A stretch of DNA of 64,000 nt from Escherichia coli (GTDB lineage Bacteria > Pseudomonadota > Gammaproteobacteria > Enterobacterales > Enterobacteriaceae), in NCBI GenBank assembly GCA_032372955.1, contig GCA_032372955.1_4725.1, one strand, 5' to 3'. The position numbers and the translations under genes are program-made. The notes beneath the pieces are model-generated. The model was not told the DNA's origin. It searched no databases and saw nothing but the letters and a program-made list of their open reading frames with translations. Shown piece by piece: positions 29,300 through 38,886 of this stretch (position 1 is its first letter; each line of letters begins with the position of its first letter).

Positions 29300-29827
29300 A
29301 TGCAATACACGTTAATGATTTCTGTTTTGGCTATACTTAGTATCGTTGTTGTTTATGGCGCTTTTGCGCTTCTGAATAGCATGCAGACAACCCTACGGGT
29401 TACCCAATTACATTCTGATGGAGCGAGTACTATGACAACACCACTCATCGATTTGCATGAGCATATTTCCCGTAAACCTGCTGAACGTTTCGTATCACGC
29501 CCTGATCCAATCAGTGACGAGGATAAAGGCTATATCACCGCAACGGTTCAACGTACCGTAGAACGTATGTTACGCCCAGTGGAACAACGTGCTGAGTGGT
29601 CAAACGACTTAGACATTGCAACACTGATGCCTGCTTGGTTGTCTGTATTAACACAACAGGTTACTGCGTCTCTTGAACAGGGTAATCTTCTTCCTAGCCG
29701 ATTTACTATTCGTTGGGAAAGAGACGATGATAAAATTGTTCTCTACGCGGATGCGGATGTAGAGAACATCGGTAAAGTACAGTTGCCCATTAATAAGGTA
29801 AAACCGCTTGCCGACTATTGGGTATAA
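29300..29827 (+). CDS. hypothetical membrane protein (N-terminal TM helix)
   Basis: GGGGAG RBS before ATG 29300; the ORF-track start at 29252 is TTG. Confidence 0.45.
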   Translation: MQYTLMISVLAILSIVVVYGAFALLNSMQTTLRVTQLHSDGASTMTTPLIDLHEHISRKPAERFVSRPDPISDEDKGYITATVQRTVERMLRPVEQRAEWSNDLDIATLMPAWLSVLTQQVTASLEQGNLLPSRFTIRWERDDDKIVLYADADVENIGKVQLPINKVKPLADYWV

Positions 29828-29838
29828 GTGAGGTCGTT

Positions 29839-30252
29839 ATGGATACTTACTATTGGTATATTGGTATCGGTACGATAATTTTTGTTGCTGCAGCTTTTGT
29901 CGCTGGCTTTTATCTCGGTCGTGGGTCACGAGAGTTCATCGTTATTGATACAAGCGATAACGGAACGGCAACGGGTATCTCTGAGTGTTTGATTGAATCA
30001 TTACGTCAGCTACATCGTCGTGGTCGTGGGGTTCCAATGAACCCCGGTAAAATTCAGCGTAAGTTTAATGAACTGTACGGTGCTTGGTTACGGTTACCTG
30101 AAGACGCGCATCTCGACCTGCGGATCGAACAGTCTAACAAAAATTACTATTTCCATTTTCTCAATCATTACACCCATAACACGATAACAACGATTGTCCT
30201 TCCCATCGGCTGGATTACCGAGGGGATTGACGATGTGCATATTAAAACATAA
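29839..30252 (+). CDS. hypothetical membrane protein (N-terminal TM helix)
   Basis: GAGG RBS before ATG 29839. Confidence 0.45.
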   Translation: MDTYYWYIGIGTIIFVAAAFVAGFYLGRGSREFIVIDTSDNGTATGISECLIESLRQLHRRGRGVPMNPGKIQRKFNELYGAWLRLPEDAHLDLRIEQSNKNYYFHFLNHYTHNTITTIVLPIGWITEGIDDVHIKT

Positions 30253-30266
30253 GAAGGATCCTTTCG

Positions 30267-30968
30267 ATGAACCCGTTAAAACGCGCAGTGAGTATTATTC
30301 TTAATTTTATCCCAAACTACCAACGTACCGAAAGATACCGTCATTGGTATAATTTCGTTTACCAGCCGGTGGTAGAAGGACATATTGCTAATCTCGAGAA
30401 AGTGGGAGGCGATAAGAAATACTTGACGGTTACGATTCCGGATATTATCCGCAAGATATACGAAGACCAGGAAGAATTTCCTAACGTCGCTGATATTCTG
30501 TTGTTTATACAAGCGTATCGCTTTCGTCTTACACCACCGAAATCTGTAGTACGTCCGTGGTTTGGAACAAAAACAGATGGTGTGGAACAAGCGATGAAAC
30601 AACGTTTTAACGACCAGTTCGCTCGTCATACTCCTCGCGCGTTACGGGTGATGATGGAAATCCTCAATCGTCCTGATATATGCGTCATTCCGATGATCAT
30701 TGAATCGGAACTGTTTTATTTGTTCGATAAACGATTCGAAGTTACCATCATTGAATACGGTGATGGCCTTTTGGTATTCAGTTACGTTGATTGCGATGGC
30801 GTTGGTGATGTTCGTTACGTTGTTCTGGACGTAGAAGACCGCTCGTCAACGATGACGGCAGCGCAGTTACGTCGATTCGTTGCTTACCTCGAATGGCGCG
30901 ACGAGGATGACGAAGTTCGCCGTAAGAACCATGTTCGCCAGAAGTACGCGAGATTATCTGCATCTTAA
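30267..30968 (+). CDS. hypothetical protein
   Basis: 233-aa ORF; AAGGA RBS. Confidence 0.5.
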   Translation: MNPLKRAVSIILNFIPNYQRTERYRHWYNFVYQPVVEGHIANLEKVGGDKKYLTVTIPDIIRKIYEDQEEFPNVADILLFIQAYRFRLTPPKSVVRPWFGTKTDGVEQAMKQRFNDQFARHTPRALRVMMEILNRPDICVIPMIIESELFYLFDKRFEVTIIEYGDGLLVFSYVDCDGVGDVRYVVLDVEDRSSTMTAAQLRRFVAYLEWRDEDDEVRRKNHVRQKYARLSAS

Positions 30969-30976
30969 ACCGACGG

Positions 30977-31026
30977 TCACGGCTCTCCTTCATTGGAGAG
31001 CCTGTGACTATCGTTTTTTTTTTTTT
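30977..31026 (+). terminator. intrinsic terminator (12-bp stem plus T13)
   Basis: TCACGGCTCTCC ... GGAGAGCCTGTGA followed by 13 T. Confidence 0.65.
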
Positions 31027-31040
31027 GCTTGACGGCATAA

Positions 31041-31072
31041 CCCTCCTCCAACCCAACAGGGAAGGAGGAGGG
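31041..31072 (-). terminator. hairpin CCCTCCTCC/GGAGGAGGG, exact reverse complement of the 3310..3341 element
   Basis: 32-nt identity to the element at 3310 in inverted orientation. Confidence 0.5.
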
Positions 31073-31078
31073 AATATG

Positions 31079-31711
31079 TTAAGGTGTTGGATTGATTCCG
31101 GCGTCCTGAAGCAATTTGATAAGTTGCTTTTGGGTTGCAAGTAAAGCTGTTATCTGCTTCTCTTGCGTTTCACAGCGTGCGTAAATGGTATCTCGCTCTT
31201 TTATCGCAGCCTGACGACGGGCTTCGTTTATCTGATGTTGTTCCTGAGTAACGGTATCATCGAGCGTGATTTCCATTATTTTAACTTCAGGTTCGACACC
31301 GAGAATATCACTGGCCTTACCTTTCAATATCGTTGTTAAATACGAAAGGTCAAGACCTGGAGGAAGAGGCCCGAAATCGATACCCAGAATAATGCGACGA
31401 TACCGCAATGAATCGTTCTTTGGGTACGACGTGATATACGTATCAGGTACCAGTACGGGCGCACCGTAATCCGGTTGCAACGTAACGAGATAAGCATTCG
31501 CTTCGAGATGCGCATCGAATGTGGATTTGTCTATCGATAACGGTTCGTACAGTTCCGTAAATAGATCGATTCCGCTACCGATGACTTCGCTAAATCTTCG
31601 CAACGCTGTAACGGTATATAGCGTCGACGCACCAACGGTAAACGGCGCTGATACTGTGAATACCCCGACCGCACCGGGACTCGGCGTCATGCGTGTTACA
31701 GCCATAATCAA
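31079..31711 (-). CDS. hypothetical protein
   Basis: 210-aa ORF. Confidence 0.5.
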   Translation of the reverse strand: MIMAVTRMTPSPGAVGVFTVSAPFTVGASTLYTVTALRRFSEVIGSGIDLFTELYEPLSIDKSTFDAHLEANAYLVTLQPDYGAPVLVPDTYITSYPKNDSLRYRRIILGIDFGPLPPGLDLSYLTTILKGKASDILGVEPEVKIMEITLDDTVTQEQHQINEARRQAAIKERDTIYARCETQEKQITALLATQKQLIKLLQDAGINPTP

Positions 31712-33084
31712 CCTCCAACAGGCGTGTCGGCTTCATCCGGCATTTTCTTCAGGAACGCTTCTTTTGTTAAGAAGAGATACTGAACATCGTTGTGGCTTTT
31801 CGCTAAGAAGCTATTGCTACCACGCGTAACACGACTATAACCCAACGGTACCGGGTCGTCTTCGGTGAGCGATTCTGCCAGTTTCAGCATTTCGTAAGTG
31901 AACGTGATGAATTCACGTGTCGCATCGTCGATACGGTTAATGTCGATGCTGGTTGTGCTGATGAGCGCGTATTGCGGCCAACGATCGTAGAACTTAAGTT
32001 TACCGTCACGGTTACGTGAGTTACCAACGCTTAAGAAACCGATCGAGCGCCACAACGTCGGCACCGCTTGAAGCGACTTACGGACTTCGGCGGTTTCACC
32101 GTAACCATCAGCAAAGTTTTTCAGGTAGGTATCCATCAACGAATCATCGAAGATAGGACTATAGATACGTGCCTGATTGGTCATTTCTGGCGCACTGTGG
32201 CGGTTCCAGATCGGGATGAAGATGTGTTCTGTCGGGATAAAAAGATCCGGCAGAACGATTTCCCAGTCTGGACGTCCGTGTGTGCTATTGCTAAGAATCC
32301 AGTTTTGCAGGAACTCCTTGATATTATCAATGTTGTTACCTGCCGCACCGTAGATAATCACCGTCCAATCGGTATTAATGTATTTCGAATCGTCGGTGTA
32401 ATCGTACGCTTTATAGGTTTTCGTCCACAATTGTGTGTCTGGGAATTGGTCGCGCACCTCGTTGATTTCTTCGGTCAGTTTCTCGCTGCTTCGACTGTCA
32501 ACCAGTTTCTTCAATGTTGCCAGATCTTCGAAGAAGGTATCTAACTGATCCTTAGGAACAGGGGGAACGACTTCATATTCGTATTTTGGATATTGACTTT
32601 GGAATACGCTATCAGACAACCAAATCTTAACAACATCACCCGTGGCGGTTATCTTGAAACTGATCCACGCCGGTAGATAGACTGTACCATCGGTGGTGGG
32701 TGTTGGGATGTCGATAGAATCCAGATACGTTGTGAAGTCGTCTTTTAGGTAACTGATAACTTGGTCTCGGTCTTCCTGGATTTCGCCCGATGCGGCTTTT
32801 TCCAGCAACCATTGACCAACCTGAAGAATACGGCCTGCGGTGTCGTCATTCAGCGTTTGTGCTTCACCAGCTTCGTTTTCGGCATTCAATACTAATAAGG
32901 TCGTACGTGCGTACGCCGTGTTGGAATAGATGCCGATTTCGCGACTGAACGTAGCACTGTGCTGACTGAACTCACCGAATTTCGCCGTGGTTTTTGGGTG
33001 GTTATTAGCGTACCCTTTGTACGTATAAAAACCAAAAATACTAATCATTCGACGTCCTCGGTTAAGTTGTATTGGAAATTTCAT
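31708..33084 (-). CDS. hypothetical protein
   Basis: 458-aa ORF; 4-nt overlap with downstream gene. Confidence 0.5.
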   Translation of the reverse strand: MKFPIQLNRGRRMISIFGFYTYKGYANNHPKTTAKFGEFSQHSATFSREIGIYSNTAYARTTLLVLNAENEAGEAQTLNDDTAGRILQVGQWLLEKAASGEIQEDRDQVISYLKDDFTTYLDSIDIPTPTTDGTVYLPAWISFKITATGDVVKIWLSDSVFQSQYPKYEYEVVPPVPKDQLDTFFEDLATLKKLVDSRSSEKLTEEINEVRDQFPDTQLWTKTYKAYDYTDDSKYINTDWTVIIYGAAGNNIDNIKEFLQNWILSNSTHGRPDWEIVLPDLFIPTEHIFIPIWNRHSAPEMTNQARIYSPIFDDSLMDTYLKNFADGYGETAEVRKSLQAVPTLWRSIGFLSVGNSRNRDGKLKFYDRWPQYALISTTSIDINRIDDATREFITFTYEMLKLAESLTEDDPVPLGYSRVTRGSNSFLAKSHNDVQYLFLTKEAFLKKMPDEADTPVGG

Positions 33085-33102
33085 ACTATCAAGGACACAC
33101 GC

Positions 33103-33654
33103 ATGTTTACTACACTCAAGGCGTTGCCCTGGCTTTTCCCTTTTCTTCGCGAGTTGTTTCGGCGAAGTAAGCGACCGCCCACACGCTATCGTCGAGATGG
33201 AGCTCGACAGTCCTCGATATTCTTGATTACGGGCTTTTTCATCGTATTGGGTATCGTGACGTTATTCGCTGGCGAAAAAATCATTACCTTGATGGCTGAC
33301 GTGAGTAGTTTACGTCAGGAAAATGCAACATTGCGTTATGCGCGAGACACCAACCGAGAACTGATTCGTCAACTTTACACATCGAACGAAGTACGAGGCC
33401 GTTTAATCGACAGTATGGTTGAACAGAACCGGATTCTCCAGGGTGAGGTTGATCGAGCGTTACGAACTTTTGAAAAAGAGAAAGTTGACGAGAGGGAGTT
33501 TCAAGAACGCGTTGAACGTTTTATCGATACCTATTACGTCTGTAATAGTCTGACCTCCGCCAAACAACGCAATCAATGTGTAATTAACGGCGGAAAACTG
33601 CGGTCAATGAAAGTCGATCGCGATCAACCAACGTCAACCGACGGTAATCGGTAA
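33103..33654 (+). CDS. hypothetical membrane/coiled-coil protein
   Basis: ATG 33103 with AAGGA RBS; TM segment SIFLITGFFIVLGIVTLFAG. Confidence 0.45.
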   Translation: MFTTLKALPWLFPFLRELFRRSKRPPTRYRRDGARQSSIFLITGFFIVLGIVTLFAGEKIITLMADVSSLRQENATLRYARDTNRELIRQLYTSNEVRGRLIDSMVEQNRILQGEVDRALRTFEKEKVDEREFQERVERFIDTYYVCNSLTSAKQRNQCVINGGKLRSMKVDRDQPTSTDGNR

Positions 33655-33704
33655 TACCGTACAACTTTGGGCTATCATACGGACAATGATTAATGAGGTT
33701 TACA

Positions 33705-35231
33705 ATGGCAGGAAATACTGAGCTCGGTGCCGTTTTCTACTGCGATGGAGGATCCCGTCCAACATCGAGTGGGTATGGTGGCTACGGCGTGCACGGCTAC
33801 ACCTACGATATGGTGAAAGAGATAAAAGGCACCTTGGAACCTTCAAAAAGCGGGAAGCCCAAACCAACGCAATACGGTTATGTTGACCCTAAACTCGACT
33901 TTCCTAAAGACGCTGTGCTGGTCGAACCCAAGGAATACGTGGATGAGTTAGAGGCTTTGGGTTTCAACGTAACGAACAATCAGGCTGAGTTGGATGCCGC
34001 AATACGTGCGATTGAACTTGGAAAAGCAAAGGGGGCAAAACGGATCCAGCTGTTGTCGGACAGCCAATATGTTGTTGTAGGTGCCACCAACCATCTTGCT
34101 AACTGGCGAGAGAACAACTGGGTTAAATCCGACAATAAACCGTTAATGAATGCGGAACGGTGGCGGAAACTCGATAGCGCGATAAGGGATGCGAAGCGCG
34201 ACGCTATCGATATTTCGCTGCGCTACGTTCCTGGACATGAGGGCAATGTTGGTAACGAACGTGCGGATATGCTGGCAACGCGTGGAACATATCTGTCACA
34301 AAACCAGGACTGGGCTGTAAGAACCCAAATACGCCGCGAACTTCCGGCTAAGGGGTATTGGAGCCCTGAACCGGAAATAAGCCCGTTCTTTACGTTCTCA
34401 CGCTGCTACTTTACCACCAACCAGCAGCAAGAGCGTGCGAAAGATGGCCGCTACATCTATTTCGGTGGTAACACCGATAAAGACAACAAGGGACGTCTTG
34501 AGTTAGGGAAAAGGATTAGCGATAGTGCGTACAGTGTTATCTATTTAAGCAAGCCGGATGATGCTGTTGAGATTATGCGTACGCATGCATCTCGGGTATT
34601 AGAGCACGGGACAACGGAGTCAGTGTATATCGCATACACGGATAACCTTCATCATCGTCAATATCATCGCGATATTCTTGAGGGTGAGTGCGATCTTACG
34701 ATGCGTCCGACAGGCCTCGGTAAGAGCGTGCATCTTCCGCTAGGTGGATCGAACACAGCCATTTTAATGGAAGCATGTAATCCGCCTAACCTTGCTTGGC
34801 GTGCGATTGATTCCTTGAACTTCTTAAAGACGTTACTGGATGAATGGCTTGACGCTAACCGCGAATCCACACCGCGTCTGGTCGTAACCGAAATTACCGA
34901 CGTTCTTTTCGAAACAGAAAAGGATAAGAAAGGCAAAACGGTTACCAAAGTGCATAGTGCGATTACGCAGGTTACGAAAAGCTTGAAGGTGGACGTGAAT
35001 TACAGACTGACCCCCGATAAGCAGGGCGTTACGTCTTGTACCATGTCCTTGGGGTTAGACCTGCCTCAACGCCTGAACTTGAGCTATTTAGCATCACCGG
35101 AAACGAAAGCGTACGCGGTAACATATCGCGAGTCTGATGTTGCGTTTCGTTTCGCTGTGATTATTGAGTCGGGGGACGACGTTGGTATATGGGCTAACAT
35201 ATACAGTAACCCACGTTATGTGTTGGAGTAA
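33705..35231 (+). CDS. RNase HI-domain protein with about 300-aa C-terminal extension of unknown function
   Basis: FYCDGGSR...GYGGYG (Asp), NNQAELDAAIRAIE (Glu), LLSDSQYVV (Asp), GHEGNVGNERADMLA (His/Asp) in RNase HI order. Confidence 0.75.
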   Translation: MAGNTELGAVFYCDGGSRPTSSGYGGYGVHGYTYDMVKEIKGTLEPSKSGKPKPTQYGYVDPKLDFPKDAVLVEPKEYVDELEALGFNVTNNQAELDAAIRAIELGKAKGAKRIQLLSDSQYVVVGATNHLANWRENNWVKSDNKPLMNAERWRKLDSAIRDAKRDAIDISLRYVPGHEGNVGNERADMLATRGTYLSQNQDWAVRTQIRRELPAKGYWSPEPEISPFFTFSRCYFTTNQQQERAKDGRYIYFGGNTDKDNKGRLELGKRISDSAYSVIYLSKPDDAVEIMRTHASRVLEHGTTESVYIAYTDNLHHRQYHRDILEGECDLTMRPTGLGKSVHLPLGGSNTAILMEACNPPNLAWRAIDSLNFLKTLLDEWLDANRESTPRLVVTEITDVLFETEKDKKGKTVTKVHSAITQVTKSLKVDVNYRLTPDKQGVTSCTMSLGLDLPQRLNLSYLASPETKAYAVTYRESDVAFRFAVIIESGDDVGIWANIYSNPRYVLE

Positions 35232-35234
35232 TCA

Positions 35235-35666
35235 ATGGTGATGGTCGAACAGGTAGAACGTGAGAAACAACCGTTGAAACACGCTCTCCTATCGTTCCTC
35301 TTAACCGCAAAAGCTAAACGCATACTTCTCTTCGGAAGTTTGTATGGCACCTTACATCAGCATGATGATAATTACATCATGCTAAAAGGTCTTGCGGATA
35401 TGAATGAGCGATTGGAGATAGCTGAGTCGGTTTCAGCGTTGATGTTTGCTGCGCGACTTGGTATTACTGCATGGAAAGATCTGGATAGTGAGACGTTACT
35501 TAATGAGACGACGAACTACGATGAAGCCGTGCAGTGCATAATGCAACGCGTTCCACCATGGCTTTATTATGATGATAAAGCAACGATTCGTCAGGAGATT
35601 AAAAAGCTTCTGGTAAGAGTCTGCGTTCCTACGACACAACGAGTGGTACATCTATACGGCAAATAA
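35235..35666 (+). CDS. hypothetical protein
   Basis: 143-aa ORF. Confidence 0.45.
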   Translation: MVMVEQVEREKQPLKHALLSFLLTAKAKRILLFGSLYGTLHQHDDNYIMLKGLADMNERLEIAESVSALMFAARLGITAWKDLDSETLLNETTNYDEAVQCIMQRVPPWLYYDDKATIRQEIKKLLVRVCVPTTQRVVHLYGK

Positions 35667-35673
35667 ACCTTAT

Positions 35674-35709
35674 CCCACCCTACCGCCCTTAACGGGGTAG
35701 TAGGGTGGG
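35674..35709. terminator. hairpin CCCACCCTA/TAGGGTGGG between convergent genes
   Basis: 9-bp perfect stem. Confidence 0.45.
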
Positions 35710-35717
35710 TTATTATG

Positions 35718-36560
35718 TTATTTTTTCGCGTTCTTTTTAACGGCGTCCCAGGTATCGTTATATGCGATGATCGCCTCAGCCAAAGCGTTCACGAGAAACG
35801 CATACAGTTCAGCCTGCTTGGCTGTTTGGTAGATAGCGTCGCTAATATCGCGAATCATCGCGTTGCTCACCGCACCTTCATTGTAGTCTTGAACCAGGAT
35901 TTCGGTTAAACGGTCAGCCACCTCCATGAAACGTTCGATTGCCTTCTTCACGTCTTTAGGATTAACGTCAAGCGCACGGATACGAGAAGCATCCAGATCT
36001 TTTCCGATCTGACGAATATCGTCTTCGTTCTTATATGCACGGCCTACAGTGGTCTGTGTTACCGTCCCTTGTTTGAACATCGCACGTAACGTCTCTAGAA
36101 CGTTCTCTGGGTCGTTTTTAGGTAGCGTCTGAGCCATACCACTACTGCGACGGAAGTTAACGTCGTTGACGGCTTTAGCGCACGTTACGGTCAACTTATC
36201 CAAATCAGGTAGGATGGTGCCAATTACGCTATCCAGACTCTGGGTTAAAGCAACAACATAATCTGACATCGGCGCATTTAAACCATTCGGAATAAAAGCG
36301 CGATACCCAATGAGATCGCTGTAAGCGTTGTTGCTAAAAATCGGATCGAGGTCATCGAAGACTTTAGGATAAACCGTCACATCACGTTTCTTAAGCCAAT
36401 CGGTAACAAACTTCTTACCGTTGGTAAACATACTACGAAGATTCGTTACCGCGGTAAGTGAAGCGAAGTCTTGCGCAAAGCCTTCCATTGATAAAGCACG
36501 GTGTGAATCCCAAAGGGTCTGCAGTGTAATAGGGTCTTCAGGAATGGTAAATTTATGCAT
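35718..36560 (-). CDS. hypothetical protein
   Basis: 280-aa ORF. Confidence 0.5.
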   Translation of the reverse strand: MHKFTIPEDPITLQTLWDSHRALSMEGFAQDFASLTAVTNLRSMFTNGKKFVTDWLKKRDVTVYPKVFDDLDPIFSNNAYSDLIGYRAFIPNGLNAPMSDYVVALTQSLDSVIGTILPDLDKLTVTCAKAVNDVNFRRSSGMAQTLPKNDPENVLETLRAMFKQGTVTQTTVGRAYKNEDDIRQIGKDLDASRIRALDVNPKDVKKAIERFMEVADRLTEILVQDYNEGAVSNAMIRDISDAIYQTAKQAELYAFLVNALAEAIIAYNDTWDAVKKNAKK

Positions 36561-36658
36561 GATTGTCCTCGTGGAAATAGCGGTTGTCAGTCTTAACTAA
36601 AAATAGTTATTCTCTGAACACTAAGAATTAGTCGAAGAATCGAAGGAGTCTTTACCCA

Positions 36659-38149
36659 ATGAATCTTAATAAGTACCTTTCTCCCGGTGAAGAGATGCGT
36701 TTTAATCTCAACATTGGTTGCTTAATGGATATTCCCACATCTGGTGGTCGGTACTATGTCGGTAAACACGGTGAAAGCATTTGTAACGGCGGCATGATGC
36801 TTGTTGAGGGCGCAGGCGCTCGCGGCAACATGAACAAAACCACGTTCATAATGTTTCGCTTGTTACGCGTTATCGATCGTTACGCAAACAGCAATAGTAG
36901 CGTTTACGACACAGAAATGTCGTTAACAACAACACGTATCTTAACGCTTGCGATGAACATGTCTAATATCGCAGGTGTCGATCTTTTCGAAGAAGAACGT
37001 GTGTTTATCACCGATGCTGTTCAGATGAGCGGTAACATTTGGTTTGATGCGATTAAGAAATTCCGTGACGACAAGGTCAAAGATAAATCTCAACGCAAAG
37101 CCGTTCCGTTTATTAATAAACATGGTGAGAACTATACCTGGTGGTTGCCGACCGTCGTACTCATCGACAGTTTCTCTGGGTTACCAATCGATGCCGTTGA
37201 TGCACTGTTCGATAAAGAAACCGCGGGTGGCGCAAAACTGAATGCCGAAGCGATGCGTTCAGCAGCAGCGAAAAGCCAGATTCTATCACAGATGCCAGTA
37301 CTCACAGCGTCGGCGGGTATCTACATTACCATGACCGCCCACCTTGGTGACGGTGTAAACGTTGGTGGTATGCCGGGACAGCAGCCGGTACGAAAACTGA
37401 AAGGGTTTAAGGGCGATGAGAAGTTTAAGAACGTCCCGGAACGCTTCACGTTTTATACGAATAACCTCTGGAAAATCGATAAACTGACGATTCTTCAGAA
37501 CGCCGATAAACGCGTCCTTTATCCGCGCGGGCCTGGTGACAACCTTATCGGGGATACCGATCTGCAGTTGATTCAAGTCTTCAACATGCGCGCTAAAAAC
37601 GGACCCACCGGCTTACCGTTCCCGATTGTGGTTAGTCAGAGCGAAGGGGTTAAACCATCATTAACGGAATACCACTACCTGCGTGATAAAGATTGGATGC
37701 GTGGTTGGGGTATGCATGCGTCAGGTGGTAAATCAGCTGATGGTGCTTCAACGGTATATTTGGATATTTATCCGGATGTTGCGTTGCAGCGTACGACCAT
37801 TCGTTCTCTTTGCGAAGAGGATGAGTATTTACAGCGTGCTCTGGAAATTACGTCGGAGCTGTGTCAGATGCATAATCTCTGGCGTCAAGAGGTTTACGAA
37901 AACCCACAACTGTATTGCACCCCACAGGAACTGTACGACGATCTTAAAGCAAAAGGTTTCGATTGGGATGTATTGTTAAACACGCGTGGTTACTGGACGT
38001 ATTTGGACGATCCTAACCCACTGCCGTTCCTGTCTACAATGGACTTATTGCGTATGCGCACCGGTGAGTACTTTCCGTACTGGATGGATGAAAAGACAAA
38101 ACAACCAAAGAACCCGGTACCCGCATTGAATCGTCCGAGTAAAAAATAA
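36659..38149 (+). CDS. UvsX/RecA-like recombinase (divergent)
   Basis: VVLIDSFSGL ... RSAAAKSQILSQMPVLTASAGIYITMTAH parallels the UvsX VVFIDSLGNL ... RAKTMKSLFRIVTPYF...IAINH core; P-loop region degenerate (GAGARGNMNKTT). Confidence 0.5.
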   Translation: MNLNKYLSPGEEMRFNLNIGCLMDIPTSGGRYYVGKHGESICNGGMMLVEGAGARGNMNKTTFIMFRLLRVIDRYANSNSSVYDTEMSLTTTRILTLAMNMSNIAGVDLFEEERVFITDAVQMSGNIWFDAIKKFRDDKVKDKSQRKAVPFINKHGENYTWWLPTVVLIDSFSGLPIDAVDALFDKETAGGAKLNAEAMRSAAAKSQILSQMPVLTASAGIYITMTAHLGDGVNVGGMPGQQPVRKLKGFKGDEKFKNVPERFTFYTNNLWKIDKLTILQNADKRVLYPRGPGDNLIGDTDLQLIQVFNMRAKNGPTGLPFPIVVSQSEGVKPSLTEYHYLRDKDWMRGWGMHASGGKSADGASTVYLDIYPDVALQRTTIRSLCEEDEYLQRALEITSELCQMHNLWRQEVYENPQLYCTPQELYDDLKAKGFDWDVLLNTRGYWTYLDDPNPLPFLSTMDLLRMRTGEYFPYWMDEKTKQPKNPVPALNRPSKK

Positions 38150-38161
38150 AAGGCTAAATAA

Positions 38162-38482
38162 ATGACCGCACCTGCTATCAAGCATGCACATGAACTGATT
38201 GATGTTATCACGCAGACAATTGCGTCACATCAACCAGCGATTGCTGAGCAATTTAAACACGACCTATTGGCTCGTGTTCCTGAGTACATGACATTAGAAC
38301 ATACCCAAGCTGAAATCAACCGCTATTGGCGACTACAGTTTGGTGTATTAGAAGTAAGTACGTTTTCGGTACGTGAGTGCTTACTCGACAACCAACCCAT
38401 TAAAGGATGGATCCATAATTTCCGTGATTACGTTGCACCCTTTATTGCACGCAACGTAAAGTCATTGCGCGGTGGAAGATAA
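38162..38482 (+). CDS. hypothetical protein
   Basis: 106-aa ORF. Confidence 0.45.
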   Translation: MTAPAIKHAHELIDVITQTIASHQPAIAEQFKHDLLARVPEYMTLEHTQAEINRYWRLQFGVLEVSTFSVRECLLDNQPIKGWIHNFRDYVAPFIARNVKSLRGGR

Positions 38483-38535
38483 GCGAACCCTATCGTGTAG
38501 GGGTATCAGGATCACGCTACTGGGATGATTATCCC

Positions 38536-38877
38536 TTGTTCGAAAAGCGTATGAACCAGATGTTACACAACCTTCCTCACGACAAAGTTCATCTCATTGC
38601 TGGCGGTGCGCATTCAGGCGCTGATTTGCATGTGCGCCGCTACGCGAAGGATTACGGGTTTAAATACACCACGTTTCCTGCCGATTGGGATGGTCCTTAT
38701 CGTAAAGGTGCTGGATTCAGACGCAATGAGTGGATGGGCGATGTCATTACGCATCTAATTGCGTTCTGGGATTTCAAAAGTCCTGGAACAAAACACATGA
38801 TCGACATCGCCAACCGCGAGGACAAGAACATCATTGTCCAGGTGTTTCGGGTATTTCCGCAACAGACACGACAATAG
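38536..38877 (+). CDS. hypothetical protein, possible Rossmann-like nucleotide-binding fold (LIAGGAHSGAD)
   Basis: 113-aa ORF; motif-level only. Confidence 0.35.
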   Translation: MFEKRMNQMLHNLPHDKVHLIAGGAHSGADLHVRRYAKDYGFKYTTFPADWDGPYRKGAGFRRNEWMGDVITHLIAFWDFKSPGTKHMIDIANREDKNIIVQVFRVFPQQTRQ

Positions 38878-38886
38878 GAGACGTTT

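Noticed and set aside
28798-36652. Shared 14-mer AATCGAAGGAGTCT at two translation starts considered as a specific regulatory element
   Set aside because: Several exact 14-mer repeats are expected by chance in 64 kb, and half of it is the generic AAGGAG Shine-Dalgarno sequence.
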